From: Octopus vulgaris
Lineage: Eukaryota
Direction: 5' to 3'
Assembly (NCBI GenBank): GCA_951406725.2
Contig: OX597834.1
Location: forward strand, 46,902,042-46,966,041
DNA: 64,000 nucleotides
Shown here: piece by piece, positions 1 through 17,399 of the stretch
Numbering within the stretch: position 1 is the first letter of the stretch
Layout: every line of letters starts with the position of its first letter
The notes under the pieces: model-generated
Database searches by the model: none
Told to the model about the DNA's origin: nothing
Seen by the model: only the letters and a program-made list of their open reading frames with translations
Translations under genes and position numbers: made by a program

Positions 1-3166
<3,166 letters not shown>

Positions 3167-3959
3167 TAAATTTATGGTGTATCTGGAGCTGTTATGTTAT
3201 AATGACATCTATTATTTAATCAGAGGAAAATGGAGTAGAAAGCCTAACAGTGTACTCAATAAAACAGTTTTAGTAACTCAGTGTATATAGTAACGTATCT
3301 TATTTAAATCAGACACCTGACATGATGACATGACATAGCCTGCATTCATGGATGCAATACAACTAGATGCACTATATAAGGGACAGATTCAGGATGGGTT
3401 ACAATGCTTGTTGCACTGAATGAAGATGCTAGCTAAATCCATTTTCCATCTTCCTCATTCATTTATTCATTATGTATGTATGTACTTATGTATTTATGGG
3501 TATGGGTGTGGCTGTTGTGGTAAGAAGCTCGAGTGGATTTAGTAGACAGAAACTGAAAGAAGCCTCTCTTGTGTGTGCTCGTGTGTGTGCGCACATGTGT
3601 GTGTGTGTGTGTGTATGTATCATCAATGTCATTTTAATGTCCACATTTCCATGGACAGAATACAGAGGCAGATTTTCAACAGCCGGATGCCCTTCCTCTC
3701 TCAGTTTCCTTTGACTGTTTCCAGGTAAGGTAATATTTCCTCATGGCCAGACGATGTTTTCACAGAAGATTTGAAACAAAGGACACCGTTTGCATGATGA
3801 TGATATTTGCTTACAACTACATAGTAACACAATTTTTGTCCTTGGATAGCAGTTGTTATTACCTATTTGATTACCCCTAAAAAGTATGAAAAATGGGTAA
3901 TATTTCCTTCAAACATTGCTTTTTGTCACATTTATTCAAACCTCAAATACTGGCTTCAT

Positions 3960-4680
3960 TTCTTTCAAGCCAACACCATGTCCTCAGCTGTCACAGCCCA
4001 TGTTTCACTGCTGTGTAGCATAGCTGTTTGCACACAGGCATCATATAATCTGCCTATCACTCTGAGAGAGAGGCCCCGTGTTGCCAGCGGGAGTAGAAGC
4101 TCTCTAATCTTATTCTCATAGCTACACTCCCAAAGTACCTCCACTACTAACTTGGTCATCTGGATAACGGAAACTATCTACTACCTCTACCTTGCTCACC
4201 TGGCAGTTGATGGAGTCTATTTTCTGTACATTTTCATTGTTAATTGTACCTGTGCATCTTCCACATACAAAAGCTAGTTTCCCTGCTAACCTTCCTCTGA
4301 TATTGCTGCACCTTTTATGTGTCCAAAGCTTACGCCAGGTGTGTCTTATGGAGTTTCTACCTACACCTTTCCTACAGATTGAGCAGGGCCATCTACCTGA
4401 AGAGATTTGTGATTTGTCTGCCTTCCTACTTATCAAGACTTTGGTTTTCACTAGGTTAACTCTAAGACCTTTCAATTCTAGATTTTGCTCCCATACCTGG
4501 AACTTCTTCTCTAGTTCTGGTAGTGATTCAGCAATAAAAGCAAGATCATCAGCATAAAGGAGTTCTCAGAGACCGCCTGTCTTAAATTCCTCTGTTATTG
4601 TCTGGAGGGCTATGATGGACAAGAGGAGGAGCTGAGCACCAATCTTTGGTGAAGCCCTCCTTGTTCCCTGAATTCTTTGC
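3960..4680 (-). mobile_element. Degraded RTE-clade LINE fragment (RT C-terminal half with Cys/His finger)
   Basis: LYADDLA motif near 4540-4560, GLRVNLVKTKV, WPCSICRKGVGRNSI..WTHKRC..FVCGRC, GRLYDACVQTAMLHSSETW; frameshifted. Confidence 0.85.
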
Positions 4681-5016
4681 TGTATGTGTGTGTGTGCATG
4701 TGTATATATATATATATATATGTTTCATCTTCAAATTTTCAACGACAAAAAAAATTATTTGTTAAACAACTGTCCTCATCAAGACTAGAAGGATGACAAA
4801 AAGAAAAAAACTTTAAAATTCCACATTGATAGCAGCAGATTTTTGCAATCTTCTGCAGGTTTTTTTTTTTTTCTTTTTCGTTTTTTGATATCTAACAATT
4901 CATTAGTTGAACAACTTCATATCTTCAGTTTCCATTTTGCTATTATTTTTGTTTTGGTTTTCTTCAGTGATGGTCAAAAAATTTTTAAGATGAATTAAAT
5001 ATACATATATGTATAT

Positions 5017-5088
<72 letters not shown>

Positions 5089-5145
5089 GTAAAGTATAAT
5101 AGCCATCTCAATATGGCTAACCACAAAGGGTGGGTGTTACTGAAG

Positions 5146-5181
<36 letters not shown>

Positions 5182-5202
5182 TGTGTGTATGTGTCTATAT
5201 AT

Positions 5203-5258
<56 letters not shown>

Positions 5259-6264
5259 AGGTGTTTTAGTCTCAGTATTGTAACACTTTCTAGTGTGCTT
5301 AAACAAAATTCTTTACGCAACCCAATACTTCTAAATACTCTGAAAAAAATTTCCAAACCAAGAATATAAATATTACATGAAGCCGGATGTTTCAATATTG
5401 TTTAATTATTTATATTTTATTCAAATGACAAATATTCAACACATATCTGGAGAAAAAAAAAGAAAATGAAAAGGCAAAAAAAAAATGAAATTTGAATATT
5501 TAGTATTTGTAGTTGTTTAATGAACAGATGAGTTTGAAAGAATGCAAGAGAATGGCAACTTTGCTATTACCTACATTGAATTATGATGAAGAATAGGAGG
5601 TGGGGGAGTTCATTCTTTAGTCAGTGGTTGGGTAGGTAGTATTTATTTATTCATTTATTTATTCATTTTACATATGAGTTAGAGTCTCCCTTGGGTTTAC
5701 TAAAGAATCATGTATATCATTGTATATTTTGCATGTTCATTTATAGAAGTAACAAAAGAAATCAGTTCTAAAATAATAATGGAACATTATTCCTTTGTAA
5801 AGTGGTTAGGGTTAGGGGATCAAAGCAAGAAACTCCTCAAGTTCTGTTGGTTGTTGTTCATCCTTCGTTTTGGTAGTTCTGCTTGAGTTGTCATTGGTTA
5901 CATGGGCTCCGTTATATTAATTCTCCTCTGAAAACAACAGGATCTGCATAACTCACCTTGATGAAAAGTTTTCACTCTTCTGACTCATAAATAACTTGTC
6001 ACACAAATTTATGGTGGAAAGGAGGCCCCAGAACACATACATGATTAGTTGTTTGAAATATATTATGTGCAGCATGATTGGATCTTCAATCCAATTCCCA
6101 TGCAACTCTCAACCAATCACAACACAGGACTCAACAAATGTCCAATAAATGTCCATGAAAGGTATGTTACTCAATCACTACAGATTAGGGTGATGAGCCT
6201 ATATAAGCCAGCTTAAATGTTTTCAATATACAATAATAAAAATTGGTCTTGCTTCAGACAGACT

Positions 6265-6490
6265 GATTGTTTGGTTGGTAGGTAGGTAGTAAGGCAGGCG
6301 AGCAGACAGATAGAGAGGTAGATAGATAGATAGATAAATAGATAGACAGACACAGACAGACTGGTAAACAGATAGACAGACAGACTGGTAAACAGATAGA
6401 CAAACAGACAGACTGGTAAACAGATAGACAGACTGGTAAACAGAGAGATAGATAGATACACTGGTAAACAGATGGATAGATAAATAGATT
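6265..6490. repeat. (GATA/GACA)n with interspersed GACTGGTAAACAGA units
   Basis: Five to six copies of the ctggtaaacaga motif inside a GATA/GACA tract. Confidence 0.85.
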
Positions 6491-6748
6491 GATATATAGT
6501 TGGATTGATATGATGAGGTACTTGTAACTATCACATGAAACCTAGACAAAGAGGCACAAACACTTTCACACACACGCACATATTCGCACAACGGACATTT
6601 TCTTTCCACCTACTAAATTCACTCCCAAGGCTTTGATTTGCTCAAGCCTGTCGTAAAAGACACTTGCCCAACATACCAAGCAGTGGGAGTGAGCTGAAGT
6701 CCACAGAGTGAAAAACAAACCTCTTAACCACATAGCCATACCTGCACC

Positions 6749-6785
<37 letters not shown>

Positions 6786-6999
6786 ATATGAGCTAAACCC
6801 CCCCCCCCCCGTCCAATGGACGGTGCTGAGTTGTCAAACATTTAAACCAAATTTTCTCAAAAAAACTTGTCCAACTGTCCCATAGGCCACCTCTTTGAGA
6901 AACACTGATTTAACCTAAATTTGAGACACCAGCAAAAGAAGAAATAAAGATAGACTTGTTTTCCATTCCAAAGAAAAACGATTTTATTCACACAAATAT

Positions 7000-7491
7000 G
7001 CAACCAAAGAGGTTAGAGTACCAGTAATGATAAGGCTGTTGACTGGGAGAACACAAACATGGTTTAAATAGTAAGCTTGGCAGGAAAGAAACGTGCCTTT
7101 AAGCAGTACAAAAGCAACAAAAAAATGGAAGGTGCAGTTATGTACAGGTTGACGGAAGGAAAGCAGGATAAAAACGATGCATGAAAATAGGTTAGCTGGA
7201 AGTAAATCTAGATGGAAAAGCATGATGATTTTTTTGCACAAACTGCACATGCATTTTTATCGCGTATGCATAGTATCAATCGCAACAGCTGATGTACTTG
7301 TGCATACAAATGCACGTTCCCATGGCTTTATCGATCGCATTCTCACCTGGAATCGATTTTTGTAATTTTTTCAAGATTTATACACGCCCTGATACCGTTG
7401 GTATCTACATATCAGATTTGAGCGCAATCGGTTGGAGGATGCCTGAGATCCTAGAAGACACACACACTGACCTACAGAACGGATTTTATAT
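7000..7491 (-). mobile_element. Probable 5' part of a non-autonomous Helitron
   Basis: Reverse complement begins TATATAAAATCCGTTCTG..(GT)n..TCCAACCGATT, like the 5' end of the Helitron at 41381 (TATATAAA..GTCTGTG..TTCAACCGATT); left boundary uncertain. Confidence 0.5.
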
Positions 7492-7494
7492 AAT

Positions 7495-8770
7495 CATCAT
7501 CGTTTAATGTCCGTTTTCCATGCTAGCATGGATTGGACGGTTCAACTGGGGTCTGGGAAGCCAGAAGACTGCGCCAGGCCCAGTTTGATCTGGCAGTGTT
7601 TCTACAGCTGGATGCCCTTCCTAACGCCAACCACTCCGTGAGTGTAGTGGGTGCTTTTTACATGCCACCTGCACAGGTGCCAGACGAGGCTGGCAAACAG
7701 CCACGATCGGATGGTGCTTTTTACATGCCACCGGCACAGGGGCCAGACGAGGCTGGCAAACGGCCACGATCGGATGGTGCTTTTTACGTGCCACCGGCAC
7801 AGGGGCCAGACGAGGCTGGCAACGACCACAATTGGATGGTGCTTTTTACATGCCACCAGGACAGAGGCCAGCTGGGGCAGCACTGGCAACGGCCACGTTC
7901 GGATGGTTCTCTTACGTGCCACCAGCACTGGTATCACAGCTACAATTTCCATTGATGTTGATCGATTTCGATTTCAATTTTCACTTGCCTCAACAGGTCT
8001 TCACAAGTGGGGATTGAGTCACAAGAAGGAAAGGTATGCATAAGTGGGCTGGCTACGTCCCAGGTAGAGGCCATGGGTTATGGTCTCACTTATCCTGCCG
8101 GGTCTTCCCACGCACAGCATACTTCCAAAGGCCTCAGTCTCTGGTCATTTCCTCGGTGAGACCTAAAGTTCAAAGGTCGTGCTTCACCAACTTGTCCCAG
8201 GTTTTCCTGGGTCTACCTCTTCCACAGGTTCCCTCAACCGCTAGGGTGTGGCACTTTTTCACACAACTATCTTCATCCATTCTCGCTACATGACCATACC
8301 AGTGCAAACGTCTCTCTTGCACACCACAACTGATGCTTCTTAGGTCCAACTTTTCTCTCAAGGTACTTACACTCTGTCGAGTATGAACACTGACATTACA
8401 CATCCATCGGAGCATACTGGCTTCATTTCTTGCGAGATTATGCATATCCTCAGCAGTCATGGCCCAAGTTTCACCGCCATGTAGCATGGCTGTTCGTACA
8501 CATGCATCATACAGTCTGCCTTTTATTCTGAGCGAGAGGCCTTTGTCACCAGCAGAGGTAAGAGCTCTCTGAACTTTGCCCAGCCTATTCTTACTCTAGT
8601 AGTTACACTTTCAGCACACCCACCCCCGCTACTGACTTGGTCACCTAGGTAATGGAAGCTATCAACAATTTCTAGTTTTTCTTCCTGGAATGCAGCGGAA
8701 GTTGGTCTCTGAGCATTTCAGTTATTATTGCTCCTGAGCGTCTGCCACATACAAAAACTATCTTCCCATT
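7495..8770 (-). mobile_element. RTE-clade LINE 3' portion: ORF end, tandem-repeat 3' UTR and (ATG)n tail
   Basis: MLHGGETWAM..EASMLRWMC..RRLHWYGHVARM..GRGRPRKTW; ~63-bp repeats at 7650-7930; terminus shared with 25740-25880, 29160-29355 and 61610-61781. Confidence 0.88.
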
Positions 8771-9625
8771 GGCACAAGGCCAGCCAGATTGGGGAGGGGA
8801 TAAGTCAATTACATTAACTCCAGTGTTCAACTGACACTTATTTTATTGACCTCAGAAAGATGAAAGGTAAAGTTGACCTCAGCGGAATTTGAACTTAGAA
8901 TGTGGAAACTGACAAAATACTGCTAAGCATGCTTCCCAGCATTCTAACAATTCTTACTACTTTGGTAATAATAATAATCTTTTCTACTATAGGCACAAGG
9001 CCTGAAATGTTGAAGAAGGGAGATAGTAGACTACATTGACCCCAGTATTTCACTGGTACTTAATTTATTGACTGCGAAAGGATGAAAGGCAAAGTCGATT
9101 TTGGTGGAATTTGAACTCAGAACTTAGTGACAGACAAAATACTGCTAAGCATTCTGTTCAGTATGCTAACAATTCTGCCAGCTCACTTTCATCAAGGAGG
9201 GTAGGGTAACACATCCCAGCCAAGCTGTTCCATTTTAAAGGGTTACAGAATTAACACAGGTTATAGGAACATAAACCTGCTTTCACGAAAAGATAGCTTA
9301 AACTGTGCTCTAAATGGAGGTGTAGTCAAATCCTATTTTATGGACTCAACCATGTTCTAAAATAAGTCGAAAGGTAAGCTACTGTGAATCGGCACAAACT
9401 TTCTGGACAACCCAATACTATAGGAACAAGCCTGATTTTTGGTCGGAGGGGACTATTCGATTACATCAACCCCAGTGTGTCACTGGTACTTAATTTATCA
9501 ACCCCGAAATGATGAAAGGCAAAGTCAACCTTGGCAGAATTCGAACTCAGAACATAGCAGCAGACGAAATACTGCTAAGCATCTTGCCCAGCATGCTAAC
9601 GATTCTGCCAGCTCACCACCTTAAT
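8770..9625 (-). mobile_element. Cluster of three copies of a tRNA-head SINE family (GAGCTGGCAGAATC..TTCTGAGTTCAAATTC..TTTGCCTTTCATCC), followed by (TAA)n
   Basis: Same family recurs at 37555, 46295-47170, 49855, 50680, 51555, 54075 and 54830. Confidence 0.8.
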
Positions 9626-9635
9626 AATGATGATG

Positions 9636-9676
<41 letters not shown>

Positions 9677-10568
9677 TCCTGATTAAGGTACATGGCCAGC
9701 AGTTTTGAGAGTAGGGTTTAGTTGATATGACTGACCTCAGTACTTGACTGGTACATTATTTTAGCAACCCCAAAACAATGAAAAACATCTGGTCTTAGAA
9801 ACCTTGCCACACAAAACAGGTGCATAATGCAGTCTTCTAATTCATCAGAGCCTGTCAAACTGTTCAACCCATGTGAGCATGGAAGCTGAATGTTAAATGA
9901 TAAGGAGGTTTGATTGACTGATCTATTGTTTCATACATCATTTATCATGTATTCATTTTTATTTGTAACCTGGGTATGATGTGTATTCATGGGCTTTATG
10001 GTATGAGTATTGTCTCCATCATTAATAACTTGCTTTTGTGGTGAATTCTCTACACTGTGTGTTCTCTGCTAATACTTTCCTGTCTATTTTTGTTGTGCAT
10101 TGTAGTACATACATACATATACATACGTAACTTTACTTTTCTTTGATACTTTCCCTTTGATGAAGAGCTAGCACCCAAAACATTAAGACCTCTTTTCTTT
10201 TTAAGCATTAAATTCATACAATATTTGTTAAAACTTTCTCTTATGTCTCTTATGTTTTCTTTTATGTTCATTGTATTTACAATACATTCATTTGTACATA
10301 TGTATATGTCTTGGGTTGTCAGATAAATTTGTTTGTCCCCCCACCTCATTCCATTTTAATCTTTTCCAGTGTCATTTGAATTTACATGAAAAACATTTTC
10401 ATTGTACTCTTTTTTTGTTGTTTTCTTATTATTTGCTTTCTCTCTTTTGTAGCTCTATACCTTCTCTACAACTTTTATCGTTTTTGAAATTTGAATAAAT
10501 TTCTCTTTTTTTCAGATATTTGACAATGAAGTACCAAGTAGAAAGAAACAAATGAATTTATCTGACAC

Positions 10569-10647
<79 letters not shown>

Positions 10648-10891
10648 GCACACACACACATAGTATCAACACAAATATACATTTGCATGCGTAAATACAT
10701 CTGCAGGTTTAAGTAAAGCAATTGCTTCAGTTGATTTATATATTTATATATTGATAGATTGTATAAATGTACCTCTGTTACAAAAGAGTTTCTCAATAAA
10801 GGCCCTTAATAATCTGTGATTTTTTAATCTTTTTGGGTTTTTTTTCTTCTTGCAGGCCTCACTGTAGAAATGGATAGGTAGCCTTTGGCGT

Positions 10892-12802
10892 ATGTATGAC
10901 CACCACCAGATGGCAGCACGCCTATCACAATATGGTGGCCATGGCAATGATTCCCGCACCCTTTGGTCAAAACAAGAGCAGCAGCAACAGCAGCATCAGC
11001 AGCATCAGTCACATTATGTGCAGCAGCAAACTCGACCACAGCTGCAGCAGAGTGTGCGCGACTCTTCGTCATACCAACCCATGAAACGAGATGACTTTGA
11101 CCATCGGCCCGTCTCCGTCACAAGTCATACATCTAGTGAAACTGAAGACTCCCAAAACCGAGACAGTCTGACCACTGTTCTCTTACCCTCGTCACCGCTG
11201 GCATCCTCAGGTAAACCTGGAAGAAGGGACCAGGTATCGATTGATCTCTCCTCCTTACCAGACATAAACTCTGAACGTGCTCGCTTTCGTACCCTTGAAG
11301 AAAGTCGACGACAGATCTTTACAAAACGATTCCCGAGTGCTCCTTACAAACCCATCAAACCCCTCACACGCAAACCATTCTGCCTCACATTCTGGAGCAG
11401 TCTCCTTTTCTTCTTTGCTGCTCTCCTCACTTTTTTTCCATTCTATGCCATCATCTTTGCCTTCTTTCCCATCTGTGTTTTTCTCAAGATGGTACTCGCT
11501 ACATGTTGCTGCTGTTGCCAAGACTCTCATGCATGCACATGCTGTTGTGCAACACATCTGACAACGCATGAAAAAATGTGGCTACGATCACCACCGCTGA
11601 ACAGCGCTGTGATCCAGTGCCTTCTCGTGGTCGAGCATGGTCTGGACACGCCCACAATCAAGGATCTTCTCTACACACGGTTAATTATTGCTGAAAAACG
11701 GCGCAACCAAGCCACCTTTCCACGTCTTGTGCAGAAGGTGGTTCCATTCTGCACTGGATATGCATGGGTCTACGATGAAGACTTCAACCTAGAAAACCAC
11801 ATTCATACTTTATCGGACTTCATACATACTGAGGAAGAGTTACAGGACTTTGTGTCGGAAATGGCCAGCAAAGAACTAAACATGAATCATCCGTTGTGGG
11901 AGGTGCAAATTATCCATAATTTTGGACCGAGCAGAGACACCCTAATCCTGTTTCGGATCCACCCTTGTATGTCTGATAGCACAAGTCTTGTTAGAGTTTT
12001 TTTGAAGGCTTTTGTTGATAATCAACCTAACCTTAGTCCCACTCGCCACCTGCCCAAGGGTAGGATGTGCATGAACTATATTGGTGGAATTTTCACAGGT
12101 CCACTGGTGTTTTTACAGAAATGGCTCTGTACAAAATCAGATCTAAATCTATTGCATGGCAACCATGTTCATTTGTCGGGTCGCAAAATCGTGGCCTGGT
12201 CCCAACCTTTTAGTCTCTCTGTAGCTACCCGTGTGAAACAGATTGCTCGATGCACACTCAATGATCTCTTTATGTCGCTGGTGGCAGGAGGGTTACGGTC
12301 CTACCTGCAGCAGAACGGTATCGAGAACCCGTTTAACCTGAAGTGCATCATTCCAGTGAACATGCAGGTGTGCACCAACAACATGAGCAATCATTACGTG
12401 TTTATAAACAGCACAATTCCAACAAACACTGAAGGTGCAATTCCCCGCTTGTGGCATGTTAAGTGCAGCATGGCAAAATTTAAAAAGTCATCTGAGTACC
12501 TTGTGTTGAATGGTGCCATGTGGTTAAGTAGTTGTATGTTGCCAGAAAGCTGGCATGATCGCGTCTGGTCAACGATTAATAATCACTGTACATGCCTCAT
12601 CTCAAACATGGCAGGGCCTGAGAATGTGCTCACACTTGACACGAAGGTCATACGTAGCATCATGTACTGGATGCCGACGCCTGACCAAGTGCCCATCGCA
12701 ATATCATTCTTCACCTACGCTGAACAGATACGTATGGCTGTGATAGGGGATCGTTCTGTGCTTCCTAACCCAGAATTCCTCACCAAATATTTTGTGTTTC
12801 AG
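10892..12802 (+). CDS. WS/DGAT (wax ester synthase/diacylglycerol acyltransferase)-fold protein, first coding exon (637 codons)
   Basis: Acceptor ttcttgcag|10856, in-frame TAG at 10865, ATG 10892, donor CAG|gtgagt at 12802/12803. Family motifs FPRLVQKV, WVYDEDFNLENHI, PLWEV, RIHPCMSD, CTLNDL, ISNMAGP, ISFFTYAEQIRMAV; hydrophobic segment followed by a Cys cluster. Confidence 0.85.
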
Positions 12803-13349
12803 GTGAGTAGCAATTTTTTTTCTCTCTCTTTCACTTTCATTGTTGTTATTGTTGCTTATAGAAAGCTGACAAAATCGCTCACCAAACAGAATGCTTAACA
12901 GTATTTCATCAGTTTTTACATTCATCATCATCATCATTGCTTAACATCTGCCTTCCATGCTAGCAGAGGTTGGACGATTTGACAGGGGCTGGCTAGGTTT
13001 TTGCAGCTGGATGCCCTTCCTAACACCAGCCACCCAGCTGGTGTTAGGACATTCTGAGTTCAAATTCTGAGGTCATCTTTGCATTTCATCCTTTCAGGGT
13101 CGATAAGATAAGCACCAGTCAAATACTGGGGTCAATGTAATCAACCTAAGTCTTCCTGGATAAGAGTATAAAAACTGCACCCCTCTACCAAGCCATGTTG
13201 AGCCAGTGTGACAGTATGCTCATCAAACCAGTGGGATCTCAGGCTCAAATTTGCAGCCTCCACATCTGACCATGGTTGGTGGTGAGGACATGCTGAGTCC
13301 TTTGTCCTGCAAGGAACTGAACATAGGCAATCCAATCCAAGTTGTTGAT

Positions 13350-13765
13350 AGGTGTAGGAGTGGCTGTGTGGTAAGTAGCTTGCTTACCAACCACATGGTT
13401 CCAGGTTCAATCCCACTGCATGGCACCTTGGCCAAAGGTCGTCTACTATAGCCTCGAGCCGACCAATGCCTTATGAGTGGATTTGGTAGATGGAAAGTGA
13501 AAGAAGCCCATCGTATATATATATATGTATGTGTGTGCGTGTGTGTATATTTGTGTGTTTGTGTTTGTTCCCCCCCCCCCCCAACATCACTTGACAACGG
13601 ATGCTAGTGTGTTTACGTCCCCGTAACTTAGCAGTTCAGCAAAAGAGACCGATAGCATAAGTACTAGGCTTCCAAAGAATAAGTCCTGGGGTCAATTTGC
13701 TCGACTAAAGGTGGTGCTCCAGAATGGCCACTGTCAAATGACTGAAATAAGTAAAAGAGTTAGAG
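13350..13765 (+). mobile_element. tRNA-derived SINE with central (TA/TG)n and CR1-like 3' tail
   Basis: A-box-like TGGCTGTGTGG, B-box-like GGTTCAATCCC, tail GGTGCTCCAG..CACTGTCAAATGACTGAAA; copies at 38785, 39990, 42030 and 43910. Confidence 0.85.
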
Positions 13766-16700
13766 AGATAGTAGGGGAGGCAAAATAGCAAAATTGTTAC
13801 TATGGTGACCAAACTGCTTGCTGGCATTTCTTCTGGCTTGACATTGTGAGTTCAAACATTGTCAAGGCTGATTTTGTCTTTCAGACCTTTAGGGTTGAAA
13901 AAATACATACCAAATCCACTCACAAGGTGCTGGTTGGCCCCAGGCCTGTAGTTGAAGACACTTGCTCAAGCTGACACATAGTGGAACTGAACACAGGTCC
14001 ATGTGGTTGAGAAGCAAATTTCTTACCATGCCAACCACACCTGTCACAGATACTGACTCAGATGGTAAAGAGGAATTCCAAAAACCTGGTGGAAAGTGTT
14101 TGATGTCTGAAATAAAGTTTATTGGGTGTAGTTTGTGTTGTAGTATTGTTCTTTTGTGAATTGGAACTTAAAAAGAAAACTGGCACTTCATCAGTTTCAA
14201 CAACCAGGTTTCCAGTTGATCTGAACTACAGAACAGTCAGCTTGTGAAATTAAAATGCAAGTGGTTGAGTACTCCACAAACGTGCATGACACAGAATGTG
14301 ACAAGTCTGGCCCTTTGAATGACAGGTGTAACTTAATTTTGCCAGCCGGAGCAACATTAAATAAAGTGTCTTGCTCAAAGACACATGGTGCTACCAGCAA
14401 TCAAACTCATGGCCTTACGATTGCAAGCTGAATAAAAGGTTACCTTCTTGTATCATGCCAACTCATAAGGGCCGGTTCCCCAGTTTCTATGGTGTGTATA
14501 TTCACCCACCTGGACGGGACGCCAGCCCTTTGCAGGATTACTCATTTTTGCCAGCTGAATGGACTGAAGCAACATGAAATGAAGCATCACCCAGTGCAAG
14601 AATCGAAGTCACAATCTTACAATCACAAGTCGAACACCCTAACCACCGACCCACAGGCCTCCACAGTGAGACTCTGCCATAGCAGAGTAGTGGTAGTTTA
14701 GTGTAGTGGAGTTGCTGTGGATAATATAGAATAATATAGTATAGTGCAGGGTAGGTTATAGTGTACTATGATAGTGGTGTAGATCATGGTTTAGTGTGCT
14801 GTGGTGTGGTGGTAAAGACCTAGTATCGGCACAGCTTGAGGTGCTGTGTATTACAGTATATGAGTAGTATGAAGTACTGTGTTAGAGAAAAGTAGTAGTG
14901 GTCGTGGTAGTAGCAGTAGTTGTGGTTGTGATGACGGTGATGGTGGTAGTTGTGGTGGTAGTTGTGGTGGTGGTGGTGGTGGTGGTGGGTGGTCGTCGTT
15001 GTGATGGTTATGGTGGTGGCAGCAGTTCTTGTTGTTGATGGTGGTGTTTAGCCTCAGGTCAGCTCTGGTCAAGCAGATTCATGACCGAAAGCATTCCAAG
15101 TTTGACCATCCAGTCTTTTAGAGTTTAGGTGGTGGGGAAAAACTGGCAAGGTCGACATAATGAAGAACCTTATCTAATGTCTCTTTTCCCTTATTGAGGG
15201 AGGAGGTGTGTGCCAATTTGAGGGAGATTTGGCTGATTGGCTGGTAGGCTGCTATTTCTAGCTGGTCGACCTACCACTTAGGTACTTCATATTAAATCAG
15301 AAGAGTATTACGTAGAGAGTGAGTAGTGGTGGTGGTGGTGGTAGTAATGGTAGGGAACAACAGATAGATGGATGTAGTGAAAGAGAGAGAGAAAGAGGAG
15401 AGGTAGCTATGTGTGTGTGTATTGTCTGGTATTCATTCTCTGGTTTTAACAGCAAATGTTGTGGTGGTGGTGGTGTTGGTGGTATGTTTCTGTGTTGTAT
15501 GGAGAAGTGGGTGAGTGGGTGGATGTTGCAGTACATTTCTACTACATACACACATATTCGCATACAGGCACACACACACACACACACATACACATAGGCA
15601 GGCACAAACACAAAGATGCAAACACACACGTACAGGCATGCACTAACACTCACCATGCACACACAAGTATGCACTGTGCGTGTGCATGTACAAACATGCA
15701 CTCACGCTCACATACACACACACACAGAGTCAACTAGACAACCTTAAACACACAAACATAGACATTAATATACATACTATGCACACATAGAAACAAGCAG
15801 ATATGCTTGCACACGCACACATTCATTTGCATACACGTACATACACGTGCACACATCACTCTCTTCATATCTAAGAGGAAAGTAGCTTCAGGTGCAGCAG
15901 GGGTGGGGGAATAGATGAGTAATACTGTATTTGTGGCGGCGGTGAGAGGGAGAGAAGGTGAATTGCTTAGTGGTATGTTGCCCTCAGGGTTGGTGGGATT
16001 GAGGTATTGTAACAATAATAATAATACTTGTTATTATGGTGGTGGTGGTGGTGCTGGTGCTGGTGCTAGTGGGGGCAGTTGATAGAATGGTAGCAATGTG
16101 TGGGAGTTGAAGGTAATAAGGAGATGATGTCTTTTGATGATACAAGGTGATGATGATGGTGATGATGAAGATAGTGGTGGTAGCGATGATGATGATGATT
16201 AAGATGTGTTTGTCTGCTCATCTGACTGTCTGTATGTCTATATCTTTATCAATTCATTTATCAGTCTATTTATCTTCCTATACATCTACTCTCTATTTCA
16301 CTATCTACTTATGTATATACACATATAGTAAATGTAACTATGGTGATGATGGTGCTGGTGTTGTTGGGTGCTGATGGTGATGGCAGCAGTATTAATATTT
16401 GTCTACCTACCTACCTACCTATCTATCTACCCATCTATTTATCCATCTATCTTGCATTATATGTAGATGCCTATGTAGCTATCTGTCTATTTGTCTGAAT
16501 CTCTCTCTCTTTCTCTCTCCCCATTTGTACATGCATACATACATACGCACCCAGACACTCACACACACACATATATACATATACGCACATACATCACATT
16601 ACATCTGGTCTGCCTGCCTGCCTGTCTGTCTGTCTCATTCTATAGAAGATGCTGTTTGGTAAGATAATTATCAAGAACATAGATAGGTAAGAGGCTAATG

Positions 16701-16987
16701 GTGGTGGCGGTGGTAGTGGTGGTATGGGTTGTGGTGGAGGTGGTGTTCATGGTCATTGGTGGTAGCAGCAGTGACTTTATGCGACTTCTTGACCTGCAAG
16801 GAAGAGTAGCCAAATCTTCCTCTGTTGAAATATACTGCCTGTGGTAAGAAGTTTGCTTCCCAACCACATGGTTCTGGGTTCAGTTCCACTGTGTGGCATC
16901 TTGGGCAACTGTCTTCTACAATAGCCTCAGGCCCAACAAAAGCTATGTGGGTGAATTTGGTAGACAGAAACTAAAAGAAGCACATTG

Positions 16988-17017
<30 letters not shown>

Positions 17018-17027
<10 letters not shown>

Positions 17028-17245
17028 AATGAGGTACTCAGAAATTCGGATGGTTTTATATTTACAGATATTTATTTGTATATTACATGTTTTTATACAT
17101 CATATAACTTAGATCATGTATTAGCGCTTTCTCCCATTCTAATAGGGTGTTCAAATCGAACTAAGTATAAAAACATGTAATATACAAATAAATATCTGTA
17201 AATATAAAACCATCCGAATTTCTGAGTATCTCATTTCTTCTAATA
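17018..17245. repeat. Near-perfect inverted repeat (81-bp arms, 66-nt spacer) inserted in (TA)n
   Basis: 17018-17098 is the reverse complement of 17165-17245 with about 2 mismatches. Confidence 0.9.
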
Positions 17246-17326
17246 TAAAATACCTGTACATCATCTCCAAACCTTCCAATATATATATAATAAATATATA
17301 TATATATATACATACATACATACATA

Positions 17327-17398
<72 letters not shown>

Positions 17399-17399
17399 A

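Noticed and set aside
10892-12802. Bacterial contamination or recent horizontal transfer of WS/DGAT
   Set aside because: Canonical splice sites, a Gln-rich N-terminus and a host-repeat context indicate a resident gene
12803-12898. C-terminus of the 668-aa single-exon ORF
   Set aside because: A consensus donor CAG|GTGAGT and in-frame downstream exons indicate read-through into the intron
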